From IMG/VR virus record IMGVR_UViG_3300031867_000015, positions 51,129-115,128 of that record: 64,000 bases of DNA, one strand, 5' to 3'. This stretch comes from a virus. Taxonomy: Duplodnaviria; Caudoviricetes. The number at the start of each line of letters is the position of its first letter. Within the stretch, counting starts at the first letter, position 1. The translations under genes were made by a program, and so were the position numbers. Below the pieces are notes generated by a model. The model was given only the letters and a program-made list of their open reading frames with translations. It did not search any database and had not been told where the DNA came from. Shown here piece after piece: positions 41,594-54,228 of this stretch.

Positions 41594-42682
41594 ATGATTA
41601 ATATTAATAAGCTTACAGACAAATATCCACTTTCTCATTCAAAAGTAAAAATTGGAAAGACAATAGTGCAGATAAAAAACTTTCTTTCAGTAGATGAGTT
41701 TTCAGAAGCGGTTAATATGGTTATTGATGGCTGTTTCCCTAATGACAAATACGTGCCTGAGTTTAAAGATGTCGCAACAAGATATATGATATTGACAACG
41801 TTTACTGATATTGATTTGGGAGATATGCCTATCGAAGAAGTATTTAAAGTATCTCAGGCAGATTGGTATAACATCATTGAAAATAAGGTTGCAGAATTAC
41901 CTATATATCATGAAATTATTAATGCAGTAAATGACGGACTGGAATACAAAATTCGCACACAGAAAAATTCATTTGATTATCTGTGCGATACTCTTAGTGA
42001 CTTTGCCTTTAGAATGGGAGACACAAGTGTATTCGAGAAACTTGCAACAAGACTTGAAGGACTTGATGACAAGAAAGTTGCAGAAGCAATAATTGAAAAG
42101 GAGTGATAAGTAATGGCTTCTATTGAAGAACAACTCAATATGATTTCATTACAATACGCAAGGGTTGATGATGGTAGAACTATTGCAGAGGTTCTTAAAG
42201 ATGAAGTCAATAGGTTATATCACTGTATTCAAAAATATATAGATGCATGGTATACCAAATATAATCCACAGGTATATGAGCGTACTTATCGTTTACAAGG
42301 TGCGCTCTATGCAGAGGACTTGGCAGATATAAGGGTTGATAAAAAAACTCTTACTTTATCGGTTTGTGTTCATGATGATTTAGATTATCATAAAAATCTT
42401 AGTGAAGTTTATTGGACTGATATCCATGAATACAACGGATATTGGTTTGAAGATAGAATAATTCCTATCAAAGACGAACATGAAACATCAACATTGCTTA
42501 CAATGAACTACGGTTGGTATGCCCCTAAATTGGAATGGCTAATAGGACGTAGAGTAGATGGACTAACTCATTTTAGTGGGGTTGGGTTTATCGAAGATGG
42601 TATTGCAGAATGGAATCAAACGAATAAGTTTGGAATTAAAATTAAATTTGACAAATTACGTTCAAGAAATTTATATAGATAA
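41594..42682 (+). CDS. two hypothetical tail-region proteins (41594-42106, 42113-42682)
   Basis: position upstream of tape measure; YNPQVYERTYRL. Confidence 0.6.
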
Positions 42683-42696
42683 GGTGGTGAAAAGGT

Positions 42697-45600
42697 TTGA
42701 GTAAAAATGCTTTTATAGACTTGATTGCAAGACTTAATAAGAATAAATCTAAGTCACAAATAAAAGAAGATTTAAAGGTAATATCTGGTGAACTGAATGG
42801 CTTAAAAGACAATGGCTTAAATATTCAATGTCATATAGACACAAGTAGTGAAGCTGTAAATAAATTACAAGGCGAACTGAATACGTTAGCAAGCAAACTC
42901 AAACTTAATATAGGAGTTGATGCTAAATCTATTGCTTCTACGGTGGCTTCTAAAACACAGTCAGATAATAGTGCAACAACTTCAACGGTTAAGATAGATA
43001 AAATGTCTGCTCAGTCTCAGGTAGAAGAACTTGGTAAGTTATTGCGTAGCAATTTAAAAGGAGAAGCTGATGCGGTTCTTAAAGGCTTGCTTGAAGAAAC
43101 AAAGAACACACTGGGTCAAACTACTGAGATATGGACAACATGGGAAAGGAACGCAGAAGGAGCATTAAAGAGTTTTAGTATTTCTGCAAAGCAAGCAACT
43201 GGTGACTTACAGAAATTTAATTACGCTGTTGAGGAAGGTGGCAAGGTTAGCCTACTTGGTTCTAATGGTTCTGATAGAGGTATTCTTCAAAAGCAGAAAG
43301 AGACATTGAAGTTTATTGATGAATATACTTCAAAGATAAATTCATTGCGCTCATCAAGTAATGGCAATTTTACAACAGCATATAATGGAGAAACCGTTGG
43401 TTTTAAATCTTTATTAGACGATTTGGAAAAACTTCGTAACGGTGAGGGTAGTGTTGAAGATATTCGTGCTAAGTTCGTTGCTTTGCAAGGAACAATAGAT
43501 TCTATAAAAGTAACAGTTAAGGAATCACAGGGCAAAAGTCTTAATCCCTTTACTAATGCTAATATTACAGCCAAAGAGTTTGATAACACCTTAAAGTCTG
43601 TTAAAATAGACCTTGACAATCTTAAAGGTTTTAAGACCAATAATGACAGTGTTCCTACGGTTAAAGAATTAAATAAGGAGTATAAAGACTTATCAAAAGC
43701 AATCTCTACGCTCAATCAGGTTGAAGAATCTCAACGTGGCAATCAGTGGTATTTAGATTTTGCAAGTGCTTCTGAAAGAGTAAGACAGCTTCAAAGCGAT
43801 ATTAAACTCTTAAATAAACTTAAAAGAGAAGATACTTCATCTGGAACTAAAAAGCAAACAGAAGAACTTTTAAAAATCACACACGCTTATCGTGAACTTC
43901 AAAAATTAGAAGAACGTAGATTCTCTGGTAAAGCAGGTAATAATGAGATTAATCAAATTAATTCTTTAGAAGGTGGATATCGCAGAATAATCAATACTGC
44001 ACAAGACAGACTAAAGAAACAAGAACTGTTAACTTCCGAAGTAAAAAAGACAATTGCAGAAGAAGAAAAGGCTTTAAATATTGCACGTAATTTAGCAAAG
44101 GCTAAATTGCAAGATAAGTCAATTACTCAGGAAAGCGCACGTATTGAAAAAGAGCGTTCTAATATTGTTTCAACATTGAACAAGTATAAGAACTCATTAG
44201 GCGGTTTTAATAATTCTAATATCATCAAACAGAATGGCACTAATGGTGATGTTATGAAACAGCTTAGTGCGAACAAAAATTTGTTACAACAGATAGAGTC
44301 AATATCAGCTTTATTGAGTAATGGTAAAAATAGTTCTGCGGCTAATATTGCACAGGCAAAACAGGAACTTGATAAACTTATTCCCTCTTTGGAAACAGCC
44401 AAAAAGGATAGTGATAATTTAAACCAATCCTTAAAAGATGATAAGATTACTCGTCAGGTAACAAATAAGTTTAATACCTTAAAGAATCAAATTGAGACAT
44501 TTGCTTCTGTAAATAAGAAAGCTACAGAATCAACTCTTAAAATGAGCAATGGTCAGACCTTTAAAGATAATTGGGAAACCATTGTAAGAACTTTATATTC
44601 TGGTAATTTACAGGGCAATGCCGCTGAAATTGAGAAACTTGCAATTGCTTTTAGAGATTTAAACGGACAGGCTCGTTCAGCAGGTTTAACTACAAACCAA
44701 TTCTTTACAAGCATGGGTAGCCAATTAAAGATGGTTCTCAATAGATATATTTCACTTTATGCAGTAATTGGTTACATTCGTAAGATGGTTGATAATGTCA
44801 AGGCTCTTGATGAAGCAATGATAAACTTGCGGAGAGTTACAGATGAAACAGATAGTGGTTATCTTGCTTTTCTTGAAAAGGCTAATAAGCAAGCACAAGA
44901 TTTAAAGGTTGTGACAAGTGACCTTGTTGAGCAAACCTATCAATGGGCTAAGTTAGGTTACGACTTGAACGATGCTTTGGAATTATCAAGAGCATCTACT
45001 ATATTTTCTAAGGTTGCAGATGTTAGTCAAGAACAATCGTTACAGAACCTTATTACAATATTAAAGGCATATGGTATTGAAGCTAAGAACGTAATGGATA
45101 TTGTAGACAAAATGGATAATCTCAATAACCGTTATGCTGTAAGTGCCGCAGGTCTTGGTGAGGGTCTTGAACGTTCTGCTTCTGCGTTAGCAATGACAGG
45201 AATGTCATTAGACAAATCATTAGCCTTGCTAACTGGTACAGGTGAAATTACACAGAATCTTGATAATACAGGTAACGCTTTAAAAATCGTATCTCTTAGA
45301 TTACGTAATATGAAGGGTGCATTAGAGGATTTAAACGAGCCTGTCGATGACCTTATGGAAGTCAGCAAAGTTCAAACACAGATTCTTAATCTTACTGGAA
45401 ATCAGGTAAACATTTTTGATGATAAGACCAAAGAGTTTAAGGACTTATATGATATAATGGAAGATGTTGCCGAGGTATGGGATTCTTTAAGTTCCACTAA
45501 TCGTGCTTCTCTTACCGAAATTCTTTTTGGTAAAAACAGAGCAAACATTGGTCTTGCTATTATTCAAGCATTTCAGTCAGGTACTATTCAGAACGCTTAT

Positions 45601-48600
45601 AAGGATAGCGTTAAGTCAGCAGGTACAGCTACCGCTGAGTATGAAAAAATGATGGATGGTATTGAAGCACATAGCAACGCTCTCAAAGGCTCGTTCCAAG
45701 AATTATCTAATACTGTTTTGAATAAGGAAACTGTCAACTTCTTTATTGATAGTGGTAAACGCATTACTGATATACTTGCATGGATAATTAAACATTTGGG
45801 TTCAATTAGTGTTATCATGGGAGTAATATTTACCACGATAAGTGTAAAGTCTCATGCAAATGTTATTGGTGTATTAAAGGGAATTGCACAATGGCTTGGT
45901 ATAATAACAACCAATGCTGAAAACGCACGTAGCGCAATGGCATTATTAAAGTCGGCAGGTGCGGCATTAGGGTCATTGTTAGCAGGTTTGGCAATCGGGG
46001 CTTTGGTAAAAGGTTTATCTTGGCTGATTGACAAACTAATTATTACGAGAAGTGAACTTGACGAATTGGCAAAAACATCACATGATGCCTTAGTTGATTT
46101 AAAACAAAATATAGATGAGTTGAAACAATCTGAACAAAAACTTGATTCTATAGCACAGTCATATTCTAAAATCGCAACTACGGTTACGGATGTTTCTGAA
46201 AGACAAATGAAGTTACAAGAGATTCAAAATGATTTAATAACTTCATACAAAGACCAAGCAGATGGTATTGATTTGGTTAATGGTAAATATTCTGAGCAAT
46301 TAAAGAAACTTGATGAGATTGCCAAAAAGGAAAAAGAGAACTTTGAAACAGACAATGTTGCTAAAATAGCCAAAGCACAAGCACTGTCCAGTCTTTATGT
46401 AGATGATAGTAATTTCACATACAATGGTGATGATTCATACATCAGTAAGGGTTTAGACAAAAATGCCAAAAGTCTTTTTAAAGTAGGCGGTGTTGGTGTT
46501 ATATCCCAAAAGGACTTCGATGATTTGTCTCGCATTGCTTCACAAATAGAAGGAGTAAGAAAAGGAGCAAGCCAAAGTATATATCTTTCTGGTGATATTG
46601 AAACCGCAAAGAATCAGTTGGAAAAATTTATTGTTGAGTATAGTAAAGTTAAGGATAGAAACTTGGAAATACTTGACATATATAGTAAGCAATATGAAAT
46701 TTTAAAAGAGGATGTTGAACTCTTAAAAGAAATGTCACCTTACCTTGAAGAACATTCTCATAATGGATTATTTGGCACTATGTTTGATAGTTTATCAAAT
46801 GGGATTCAAGATTCCGTTAGTGAAATATCTTTAACTCCATTTTACAACAAACTTGATGAAGCACAAGCTAAACTTCAACAGCTTGCTAATCCTGATGATT
46901 TGTCTTTGGATGAATACCAAACACTTTATAATGAAGTTGGAGTTTTAGAAAATTCATTATACAAGATGGCAGGTAGTAGTGAAGAAGCAAAACAAAAAGT
47001 CGCTGACTTATTTAATGGTTTCAAACAGGGTGTTGCTGAGAATGGTGATGGTCTTGATAACTTTGTGCAGAAATGGAAAACAGAGTTAGATGAGAACTTT
47101 AAATCAACCGCTGAAACAGTAACAACTGTACAAGAAGCTATATCTAAACTTGGCGAAGGAAAGGGGTTGTCCCATACTGATGCTTGGAAACTTCTGGAAC
47201 AGGATGCGGATGGTTACTTACAAACCATTAAACTTGTTAATGGCGAATATGTATTTTCTGAACAGGAATTAACTGCCTTTAAGGATGCACAGATAAAAAA
47301 GTCTCAGGAAACTATAAGGGAAAATATTCATGAGGGCGAAGTTGCAATAAAAAATCTACAAGCAGAGATTAAGACAAGGATGCAAAATCTTTATTCGTTA
47401 CAAAAAGAATTTGATTTAAAAGTTAAAATGAGACAAATTAATTCTGAATCTGATTATAAAACATATCATGATGAGATAGCTGAAACCAAATTTGCTATTC
47501 AACAAATGGAAGAATCAATGTTGGATTATGCTAAAGCTATTGACCGTGATAATTTCCTTGTTACTGAACTTAATCAAAATCTTGGTACAACACGTACTAT
47601 TTCTGTTGGTATGGAAACCGAGTTAAATAACGCTGTCAAGGCTCTTGAAAATGAAGTAAAGGCTGTGGACGATACAATAGATTCTTTAAATAATCGTAAG
47701 GATGTTCTTGAATCTGAACAGAAAGAATTACAAGAACAACTTGATATTCTCAATGAACAGAAGAAGGTTATCGAAGAACAGCAGAAGTCATTCCAAAAGG
47801 CTGTAACCGATTACATGAAGCGTTATGAAGATTCATTAAAGTCTCAGCTTGATTCGTTAAAGCAACAGCAAGATGATATCAAAGATGAATATGAAGAACG
47901 TATAAAAGTTTTAAAGGACGAAAACGAAGAACGTGACCTTGCTTATAAAAAGGAAAAAGCTTTACTCGATTTGAATAAGGCAAAACAACAGCAGGTCAGA
48001 ACATATTCATCTGCAAGAGGTTGGGAATATGGAGCATCTAAGGAAAAGGTTGTTGAAGCACAAAAGAATCTGGACGATGTTTTAAATGAAGAACAAATTA
48101 AGGCTCTTGAAAAAGAAAGAGATGAAAAGATTAAACCTCTTGAAAAACAGGAGAAAGCTTTAGACCATCAGATTAAGGCATATGATGAGTATGTAAAACA
48201 GTACGATATTCTTACTGAGGAAATCGAAGATAAAGATGGTGAACTCCTTGCTGAACAGTTACTTGGTTCTGATTGGAGAGAGAAAATTGAAAAGAAGGAC
48301 GAAGGTCTGTTACGTGCTTACAAGCGTGAGTACAGCAATTTTTCAAACGAACTTGAACGATTAACCAAAATTGAAATCAAGAATATTGAAGCAAGTATTA
48401 AGGCAAAAGAGAACGAGATTGATAAGATAGGTGATGAAATAACTGCCTATAATAACTATAAGACCGCTGTACAAAGTAATCTCAATGATGCCAAGAGCGC
48501 ACTGGAAAATTACAAGAATAGCATGGATAGTGCAAAGAATGATGTGATTAGTGCCGCAAGTGATATGGAGCATGGTGTATGGGAGAATCTTAGTAAAATA

Positions 48601-49107
48601 CAACAGTGGATGAATGACACAGAAAACAATATCTTTAATAATAAAAATAAAGCTGTACAATGGCTTACAGAATGGGCTGATGCATATGAATCAATGCAGA
48701 AGCGTTTAGCTAATAGTTCTACTGGTTATGGTATTGTAAATAGCGCATGGGATGCAAAGCTTGCAAGAGGTTACGCTGATGGAGGTGTCAATTCAACCAC
48801 AGGAATTGCTATGCTTCATGGTACTAAACAAAAATCAGAAACTATTTTCAATGCTAACGATTCAAAGAAACTCTATGAAGCAGTTCATGAAACTCCAAGT
48901 GTTATGGCTTCAATTATTAAACAGGCTGTTCAACTTTCTGGATTCAATCCCTCTAATGTTATTAATAACAATGGTGCAAACACAAATACTGTTAATGTCA
49001 ATATAGGTCAAGTGGTTGCAAACAATCCACAAGATTTCGTAAGAAACCTTGACCCTCATCTTGATTCTTATTTTAAACGTAAGTTAACGCAAAGTTATAC
49101 TCAATAA
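42697..49107 (+). CDS. tape measure protein
   Basis: 2136 aa helical; TP901-type core; ILFGKNRAN; GYADGG near end. Confidence 0.9.
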   Translation: MSKNAFIDLIARLNKNKSKSQIKEDLKVISGELNGLKDNGLNIQCHIDTSSEAVNKLQGELNTLASKLKLNIGVDAKSIASTVASKTQSDNSATTSTVKIDKMSAQSQVEELGKLLRSNLKGEADAVLKGLLEETKNTLGQTTEIWTTWERNAEGALKSFSISAKQATGDLQKFNYAVEEGGKVSLLGSNGSDRGILQKQKETLKFIDEYTSKINSLRSSSNGNFTTAYNGETVGFKSLLDDLEKLRNGEGSVEDIRAKFVALQGTIDSIKVTVKESQGKSLNPFTNANITAKEFDNTLKSVKIDLDNLKGFKTNNDSVPTVKELNKEYKDLSKAISTLNQVEESQRGNQWYLDFASASERVRQLQSDIKLLNKLKREDTSSGTKKQTEELLKITHAYRELQKLEERRFSGKAGNNEINQINSLEGGYRRIINTAQDRLKKQELLTSEVKKTIAEEEKALNIARNLAKAKLQDKSITQESARIEKERSNIVSTLNKYKNSLGGFNNSNIIKQNGTNGDVMKQLSANKNLLQQIESISALLSNGKNSSAANIAQAKQELDKLIPSLETAKKDSDNLNQSLKDDKITRQVTNKFNTLKNQIETFASVNKKATESTLKMSNGQTFKDNWETIVRTLYSGNLQGNAAEIEKLAIAFRDLNGQARSAGLTTNQFFTSMGSQLKMVLNRYISLYAVIGYIRKMVDNVKALDEAMINLRRVTDETDSGYLAFLEKANKQAQDLKVVTSDLVEQTYQWAKLGYDLNDALELSRASTIFSKVADVSQEQSLQNLITILKAYGIEAKNVMDIVDKMDNLNNRYAVSAAGLGEGLERSASALAMTGMSLDKSLALLTGTGEITQNLDNTGNALKIVSLRLRNMKGALEDLNEPVDDLMEVSKVQTQILNLTGNQVNIFDDKTKEFKDLYDIMEDVAEVWDSLSSTNRASLTEILFGKNRANIGLAIIQAFQSGTIQNAYKDSVKSAGTATAEYEKMMDGIEAHSNALKGSFQELSNTVLNKETVNFFIDSGKRITDILAWIIKHLGSISVIMGVIFTTISVKSHANVIGVLKGIAQWLGIITTNAENARSAMALLKSAGAALGSLLAGLAIGALVKGLSWLIDKLIITRSELDELAKTSHDALVDLKQNIDELKQSEQKLDSIAQSYSKIATTVTDVSERQMKLQEIQNDLITSYKDQADGIDLVNGKYSEQLKKLDEIAKKEKENFETDNVAKIAKAQALSSLYVDDSNFTYNGDDSYISKGLDKNAKSLFKVGGVGVISQKDFDDLSRIASQIEGVRKGASQSIYLSGDIETAKNQLEKFIVEYSKVKDRNLEILDIYSKQYEILKEDVELLKEMSPYLEEHSHNGLFGTMFDSLSNGIQDSVSEISLTPFYNKLDEAQAKLQQLANPDDLSLDEYQTLYNEVGVLENSLYKMAGSSEEAKQKVADLFNGFKQGVAENGDGLDNFVQKWKTELDENFKSTAETVTTVQEAISKLGEGKGLSHTDAWKLLEQDADGYLQTIKLVNGEYVFSEQELTAFKDAQIKKSQETIRENIHEGEVAIKNLQAEIKTRMQNLYSLQKEFDLKVKMRQINSESDYKTYHDEIAETKFAIQQMEESMLDYAKAIDRDNFLVTELNQNLGTTRTISVGMETELNNAVKALENEVKAVDDTIDSLNNRKDVLESEQKELQEQLDILNEQKKVIEEQQKSFQKAVTDYMKRYEDSLKSQLDSLKQQQDDIKDEYEERIKVLKDENEERDLAYKKEKALLDLNKAKQQQVRTYSSARGWEYGASKEKVVEAQKNLDDVLNEEQIKALEKERDEKIKPLEKQEKALDHQIKAYDEYVKQYDILTEEIEDKDGELLAEQLLGSDWREKIEKKDEGLLRAYKREYSNFSNELERLTKIEIKNIEASIKAKENEIDKIGDEITAYNNYKTAVQSNLNDAKSALENYKNSMDSAKNDVISAASDMEHGVWENLSKIQQWMNDTENNIFNNKNKAVQWLTEWADAYESMQKRLANSSTGYGIVNSAWDAKLARGYADGGVNSTTGIAMLHGTKQKSETIFNANDSKKLYEAVHETPSVMASIIKQAVQLSGFNPSNVINNNGANTNTVNVNIGQVVANNPQDFVRNLDPHLDSYFKRKLTQSYTQ

Positions 49108-49112
49108 TTTAT

Positions 49113-49143
49113 ATTCTCCCCTACAATAAAGTAGGGGAGAATT
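49113..49143 (+). terminator. hairpin after tape measure
   Basis: attctcccctac-aataaa-gtaggggagaat. Confidence 0.6.
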
Positions 49144-49150
49144 ATTATTT

Positions 49151-52100
49151 ATGAAAGTAGGTGAATTAATGTTACAATATCCAACAAATGTATATCCTGA
49201 GAATATTGCTTTTGACTCAACGGTTCTTGACTCCAATAATACTATTTCGTTTAAATTCAATGGTGATATTTTAACTGGTGCATTATATAATGTGTTTGAT
49301 TACAATACTGGTGAACTGGTTTTAACAAAGGGTCATGTTTACCAATCAAGAACACCTATTGTTTATAATGGACAAGAGTTAAAAATGGCAGATGGTTTCT
49401 TAAACGACTTGGACAATGGCAAAGATTATGCTATGCAAATCATGGTATTACAATGGCAAAGTGATGGTACTGCTCCATTATGTGATATGTTTGTTTTAAG
49501 AGGTCAGACACAAGAAAACTATTTAACAACAGACGATACTACAATTACAATTGAAGATAAAATATCTTCGATATACGAATGGGAGCAAACAACATCAGAG
49601 GGATGGAGAAATAATTCTGTGTGGGCAGGTGTTGTTGTCACATCATGTGAACTTGTTATAGGAGAAGAAAGGAGACATATTGTTGCCTATCAGGAAACAA
49701 CAGGCAAGGCGGTTTTATCTTCTGCTTTACCAAGTAATATACCTGCTGGCACAAAATATCAGATATATTGTAATTACAAGGTAAGTCCATTATATTTCTT
49801 TAAATGCAGACAAACACCTCAGATTGCACCAACAATGGAATTGATAGACTACGCTCCTACTTCCAGAGTAGATTCGACATTGGGATTTCATGTTACTGCT
49901 ACGTACAATGGATATAATTCGTTAATCAATTATTATAACATAAAGCTTTATTGGAACTGGACTGGTGATGATACTGTACCGTGGAGATTGGTTGACGAAA
50001 CTGATAATATATACTCTCAAAAAATCGAAAGTTCTTTCTTTGAGGATTTTATTCTTCATTACAAGAAAAGGGTTAATGGTGAAATAGTAGAAGTTCCTGC
50101 AAATCAAAATAAAGATTTGTATTATAAAGCTGTTGTCAATATCGTAACAGTGGATGGGCTTAGTTGTTCTGGTTCAAGTAGTATAATATCATGCGGTGGG
50201 CTTGAAGATGACGTACCTAAAACTATTATACAAGCACTGGTTGTTCACAATCAGGATAAACCTGATGCTTATTATCCTCAAAATAAAGATTCATTTGTGT
50301 TCGCAAGGACACCGCAATTAAAACACATGATTCATATTGTGGGAGCAATTGATAGAACATTATCTCCAACTGGCGATTTCCCATCTGGAACAAAATATAC
50401 CTATTACCGTGAAAATCTCAATACAGGAGAGATAAGAGTTTTAGAAACTGTGGATGATACAACCATTCCAACAAAGGGTAAGTATAGATATTATTACGTT
50501 CCAAGAGAAGGAACTACAGGACAAGCCTATCTGAATGGCATTAGTTATGTTGATGTAGAAATGACTGCGGATGCATCACATAGACAAGTTGAGACTAAGC
50601 GTGTTACAAAAGACAAATTTAATAAAATAAATATGAACGGTTATACAATCACTGAACTTATTTTAAAAGATGAAAGATATCAGTGGGGAACGAAAACAAG
50701 ATATAAGACAGGCGACCAATGGAAAATTGTTGGTGAAATTGAAGATACAACTATAACACAGAATATGGACAAACATCTTCATGTTAGCTATAACACATAT
50801 CCTACCCAAACTGTTACCAAAACAAACTACCTTACTGGAACACTGACTGCAATGAATGGTTATGTAGACTGTACTACACGGACATATATAGATGATATTG
50901 ACACAGTAAGAGCATGGAGGGAATTTATTTCAAGACCTTCTATATATATGCTAAAAACTCAAAAGGGTGACGTTTTAATTGTGACAATTACAGATAACCC
51001 AACAACAACATATCAGGAAAACAATTCCAAGATTCCTACAGTATTTTCATTTAACTGGGCTGAGGTACTTGATGTTAATGATATTAAAGTAGACTATATA
51101 ATAGATGTAGACCCATCTACTCCTTATTAAGAAAGGTGTGATATAATATGGAATATTTTAATAAGAACACATCACAATATCTCACTGTCTTGAAAAGGAA
51201 TCTTGTTACAAGATATTTGATTCGTCTTGAACTGTTATCTTATCATGAACATACAATTGGTGAAATAACTAAGGACTTGACTCTTGATGCACAGGGACAA
51301 ATAAACATAAACTATAAACAGCTTGTTCGTAGAAGCTGTAGTTTGACATTAGCGAATATTCCAGATAAATATTTACCAAGCCCAAATTCGCCTATATGGT
51401 ACTTGCGTAAATTTAAATTATGGATAGGTATTCAAGATAATCAAGATAACATTTGGTGGTGGTCACAGGGAGTATATTATATTACCAGTGCTACAGCCAA
51501 TGCACACACCGTTTCAATAGAAGCTATCGACAAGGGCGGTGCGCTTGATGGAACATTAAAAATTAATATTGCAGAGGTTCAGTATATTGTTAAAGCAGGT
51601 AGTACGATTGCTGATATAGTAAGAGACACGCTTGCTTTAAATCTTGGTAGTAATATAAAAATGTCAAATAGTATTGCTTATGGTGGTGCAAATATGCCAA
51701 TAGACCCAGTACAACCATTAATTGATTTGCGATACAACGAACAAAAGATAAAGGCAGACATTTCAATAGATGCAAATAATTATCTTGGAAACATATTCAC
51801 ATCATTGGGTGACGGATATGGTGCTGATATATACTATGACAACGATGGTCATTTTCGCTTTAATGCACTTACAGATATATTCTTTGTAGATGGTTATAAA
51901 TACGTAGCACCTCAATGGGAATATACTAACTTGTCAGAAGCAAATTGCCAGTATAATTTTGATGGACTAAATGCGGTTACGGTTTATACAAACCTAAGTG
52001 TCGATACACAAGCACTTGTTAACGCACAAGAAGAAAGTAAAACTCAATCTGATGATATAGATAAAGTAATTGAAGATGAAGATATTCAAGCACCTAATTT

Positions 52101-52482
52101 GTCTTATACTGCATATAATGTAAATCCATTATCTCCTATCAGAGTAGGCGCAGTAGGTTTGAGAAGAATGGAATCTCAGGAGATTGATTATATTGATACC
52201 ACGGAAAGTGATATGATTGCAAGGTGTCAGCAGTATGCGGTTATGTTGTTGCATAAACAAACAATGATAGGTGCTACATTAAATTTTAATAGTCCTATTA
52301 TACCGCATCTTGACGTAAATAAAACAATCAGAATCACAGACGAATATCAAAAAATAAATAATGAACTATTTGTAATACAATCTATTACAATACCATTGGG
52401 CGCAGGTGCTATGCAAATTTCAGCAACTAATATAAATTGGTTGCCATCAGAAACTAATATTGAAGGAATGGGGGTGGGGTAA
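49151..52482 (+). CDS. distal tail / baseplate hub proteins (49151-51130, 51148-52482)
   Basis: position after tape measure; IPHLDVNKTI..IQSITIPL hub-like C-terminus. Confidence 0.65.
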
Positions 52483-53319
52483 TTGGCAGATGCTTTAATT
52501 GAATTAATAGAGCATAGTGTAGATAAAAAAATGCAGAATAGCGATTACCTCATGGCTATTCCTGCAAAAGTAAAAGAACCATTATCTAATGGTATGTATG
52601 TAGTGAATGTATTAGCTAATGATACACAACTTATTGTCCCTAACTGGTCAGGAACAGAACTTGATGTTGATGACAATGTTCATTTATTTTATAAAGGCAA
52701 TACGCTGTCTGAAAGAACTGCATACATTGGGGCTTCTTTATTTAAGCCAGAGGGTGCGAATCGAAATAAAATTAAGTACGTGGTTGGTAGTAATTCATTA
52801 GGAGTGGTTGGAAACACTCAGTTTACTATTTGTCAAATTGAATGGGAATCTGTTCAAAAGCAGAATGTCTTTATCTCTTTTAATGCAAATGTAACTGGAA
52901 ATACAACAGGCATTAATACATTGTACATTTACATGGATGAAACACTCCATGAGTTTCAACCTAAAATGACATTAAACGAAAACCAATGTTATATACAGAA
53001 TTTTTTATTGCCCTTTGAAGCAAGTGTTGGTAAACACGTTGTTGAAATTAAAGCAATGGGTTGTGGTGATTATACTGATATTTACGGATTTGTATTTGGT
53101 CAGGGATTAAGAGATGAATCAAATGCATTTGACCCCACAAATGAGAATGATTATATTTATACAGGTGGAACGATTCTTTATTACGTTGGTAGTAGTAAAC
53201 GTCCAGAAATTCCAACTACACTTGATGGTGTTCCTGTTAATGAATTGGAATTAACAGCCTTTAATGATACTAAGGTTGAAGCAGTAAAGATACCAGAGGG
53301 TGTAACTATTATAAGATAA
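52483..53319 (+). CDS. tail protein ending in partial BspA-type LRR
   Basis: IPTTLDGVPV..AFNDTKVEAVKIPEGVTII. Confidence 0.65.
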   Translation: MADALIELIEHSVDKKMQNSDYLMAIPAKVKEPLSNGMYVVNVLANDTQLIVPNWSGTELDVDDNVHLFYKGNTLSERTAYIGASLFKPEGANRNKIKYVVGSNSLGVVGNTQFTICQIEWESVQKQNVFISFNANVTGNTTGINTLYIYMDETLHEFQPKMTLNENQCYIQNFLLPFEASVGKHVVEIKAMGCGDYTDIYGFVFGQGLRDESNAFDPTNENDYIYTGGTILYYVGSSKRPEIPTTLDGVPVNELELTAFNDTKVEAVKIPEGVTIIR

Positions 53320-53325
53320 GGAGGA

Positions 53326-54228
53326 TTGATTATGGCATATACAGGAACAGGCACGCAAGATGACCCATACGTAGTAGACGATTGGGATAGTCTGATAGAA
53401 AAGATAGCCGAGGTTGATACCTATGTTACAGTGGCAGATAATGTTGATATAGATTTAACTAAGATATATCCAGAAGGAATACCATACACAAACGCACCAC
53501 CTCTGCTTAGTTTTGCTTGCAAGGAATTTGATGGTAATGGTATTACCATAAGAAACGCTTATAATCTAAATGTTCGTACAGGTAGTACAAGTGTTGTAGA
53601 ACTTGCCAGTACTTGCACTGTTGTATCAAATTTTAATTTTGTAAACTTCTATGTTAATGTAGGTACACAACCCTTTATGCGTGGTCGTGGTACAAGCAAT
53701 AACAAACTTATAGCACATTCAACATTTAAAGGTGTTGTGTTTACAACCAACATTGCCACTTATGAACCCATAGCATCTATAGCACGTTTTTTCGACTGTG
53801 TATGGAATACGAAATATACGTTTACAGGTAACGGTTATGTTAGCCATCATTATCCAGTATTTGATTCTTGTTGGGTACGGTTTGATGTCAATAGAAGATG
53901 GCTTAATAATGGTGGAAGTTTTGTCAATACGTATATAGAAGGGGCTTTTAGAGCAAATCAAAATAATGCTCCTGTTTTTGCTTTTGGCAATAGTTTATGT
54001 AGTATTTTAAATGCCAACATTGTTGCAGGTGATTATACTGGATGTACCATAACGGCAAGTGGTAGTGCGACTATGTGCTTGATAAATAGTGATAAAGTTG
54101 AAGAAGGTATAACATTAGGCGGTACTACATCTGCTATGATTGAAGTTACAGACAGTCAATTAAAAGATTACGATTATCTTAAAGATATATTTCCTGTAGT
54201 TCCTAACGAAGAAGGAAGTGGTGGGTAA
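53326..54228 (+). CDS. beta-helical tail-associated protein
   Basis: GTGTQDDPYVV and FDGNGITIRN (GLUG/beta-helix-type starts). Confidence 0.55.
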   Translation: MIMAYTGTGTQDDPYVVDDWDSLIEKIAEVDTYVTVADNVDIDLTKIYPEGIPYTNAPPLLSFACKEFDGNGITIRNAYNLNVRTGSTSVVELASTCTVVSNFNFVNFYVNVGTQPFMRGRGTSNNKLIAHSTFKGVVFTTNIATYEPIASIARFFDCVWNTKYTFTGNGYVSHHYPVFDSCWVRFDVNRRWLNNGGSFVNTYIEGAFRANQNNAPVFAFGNSLCSILNANIVAGDYTGCTITASGSATMCLINSDKVEEGITLGGTTSAMIEVTDSQLKDYDYLKDIFPVVPNEEGSGG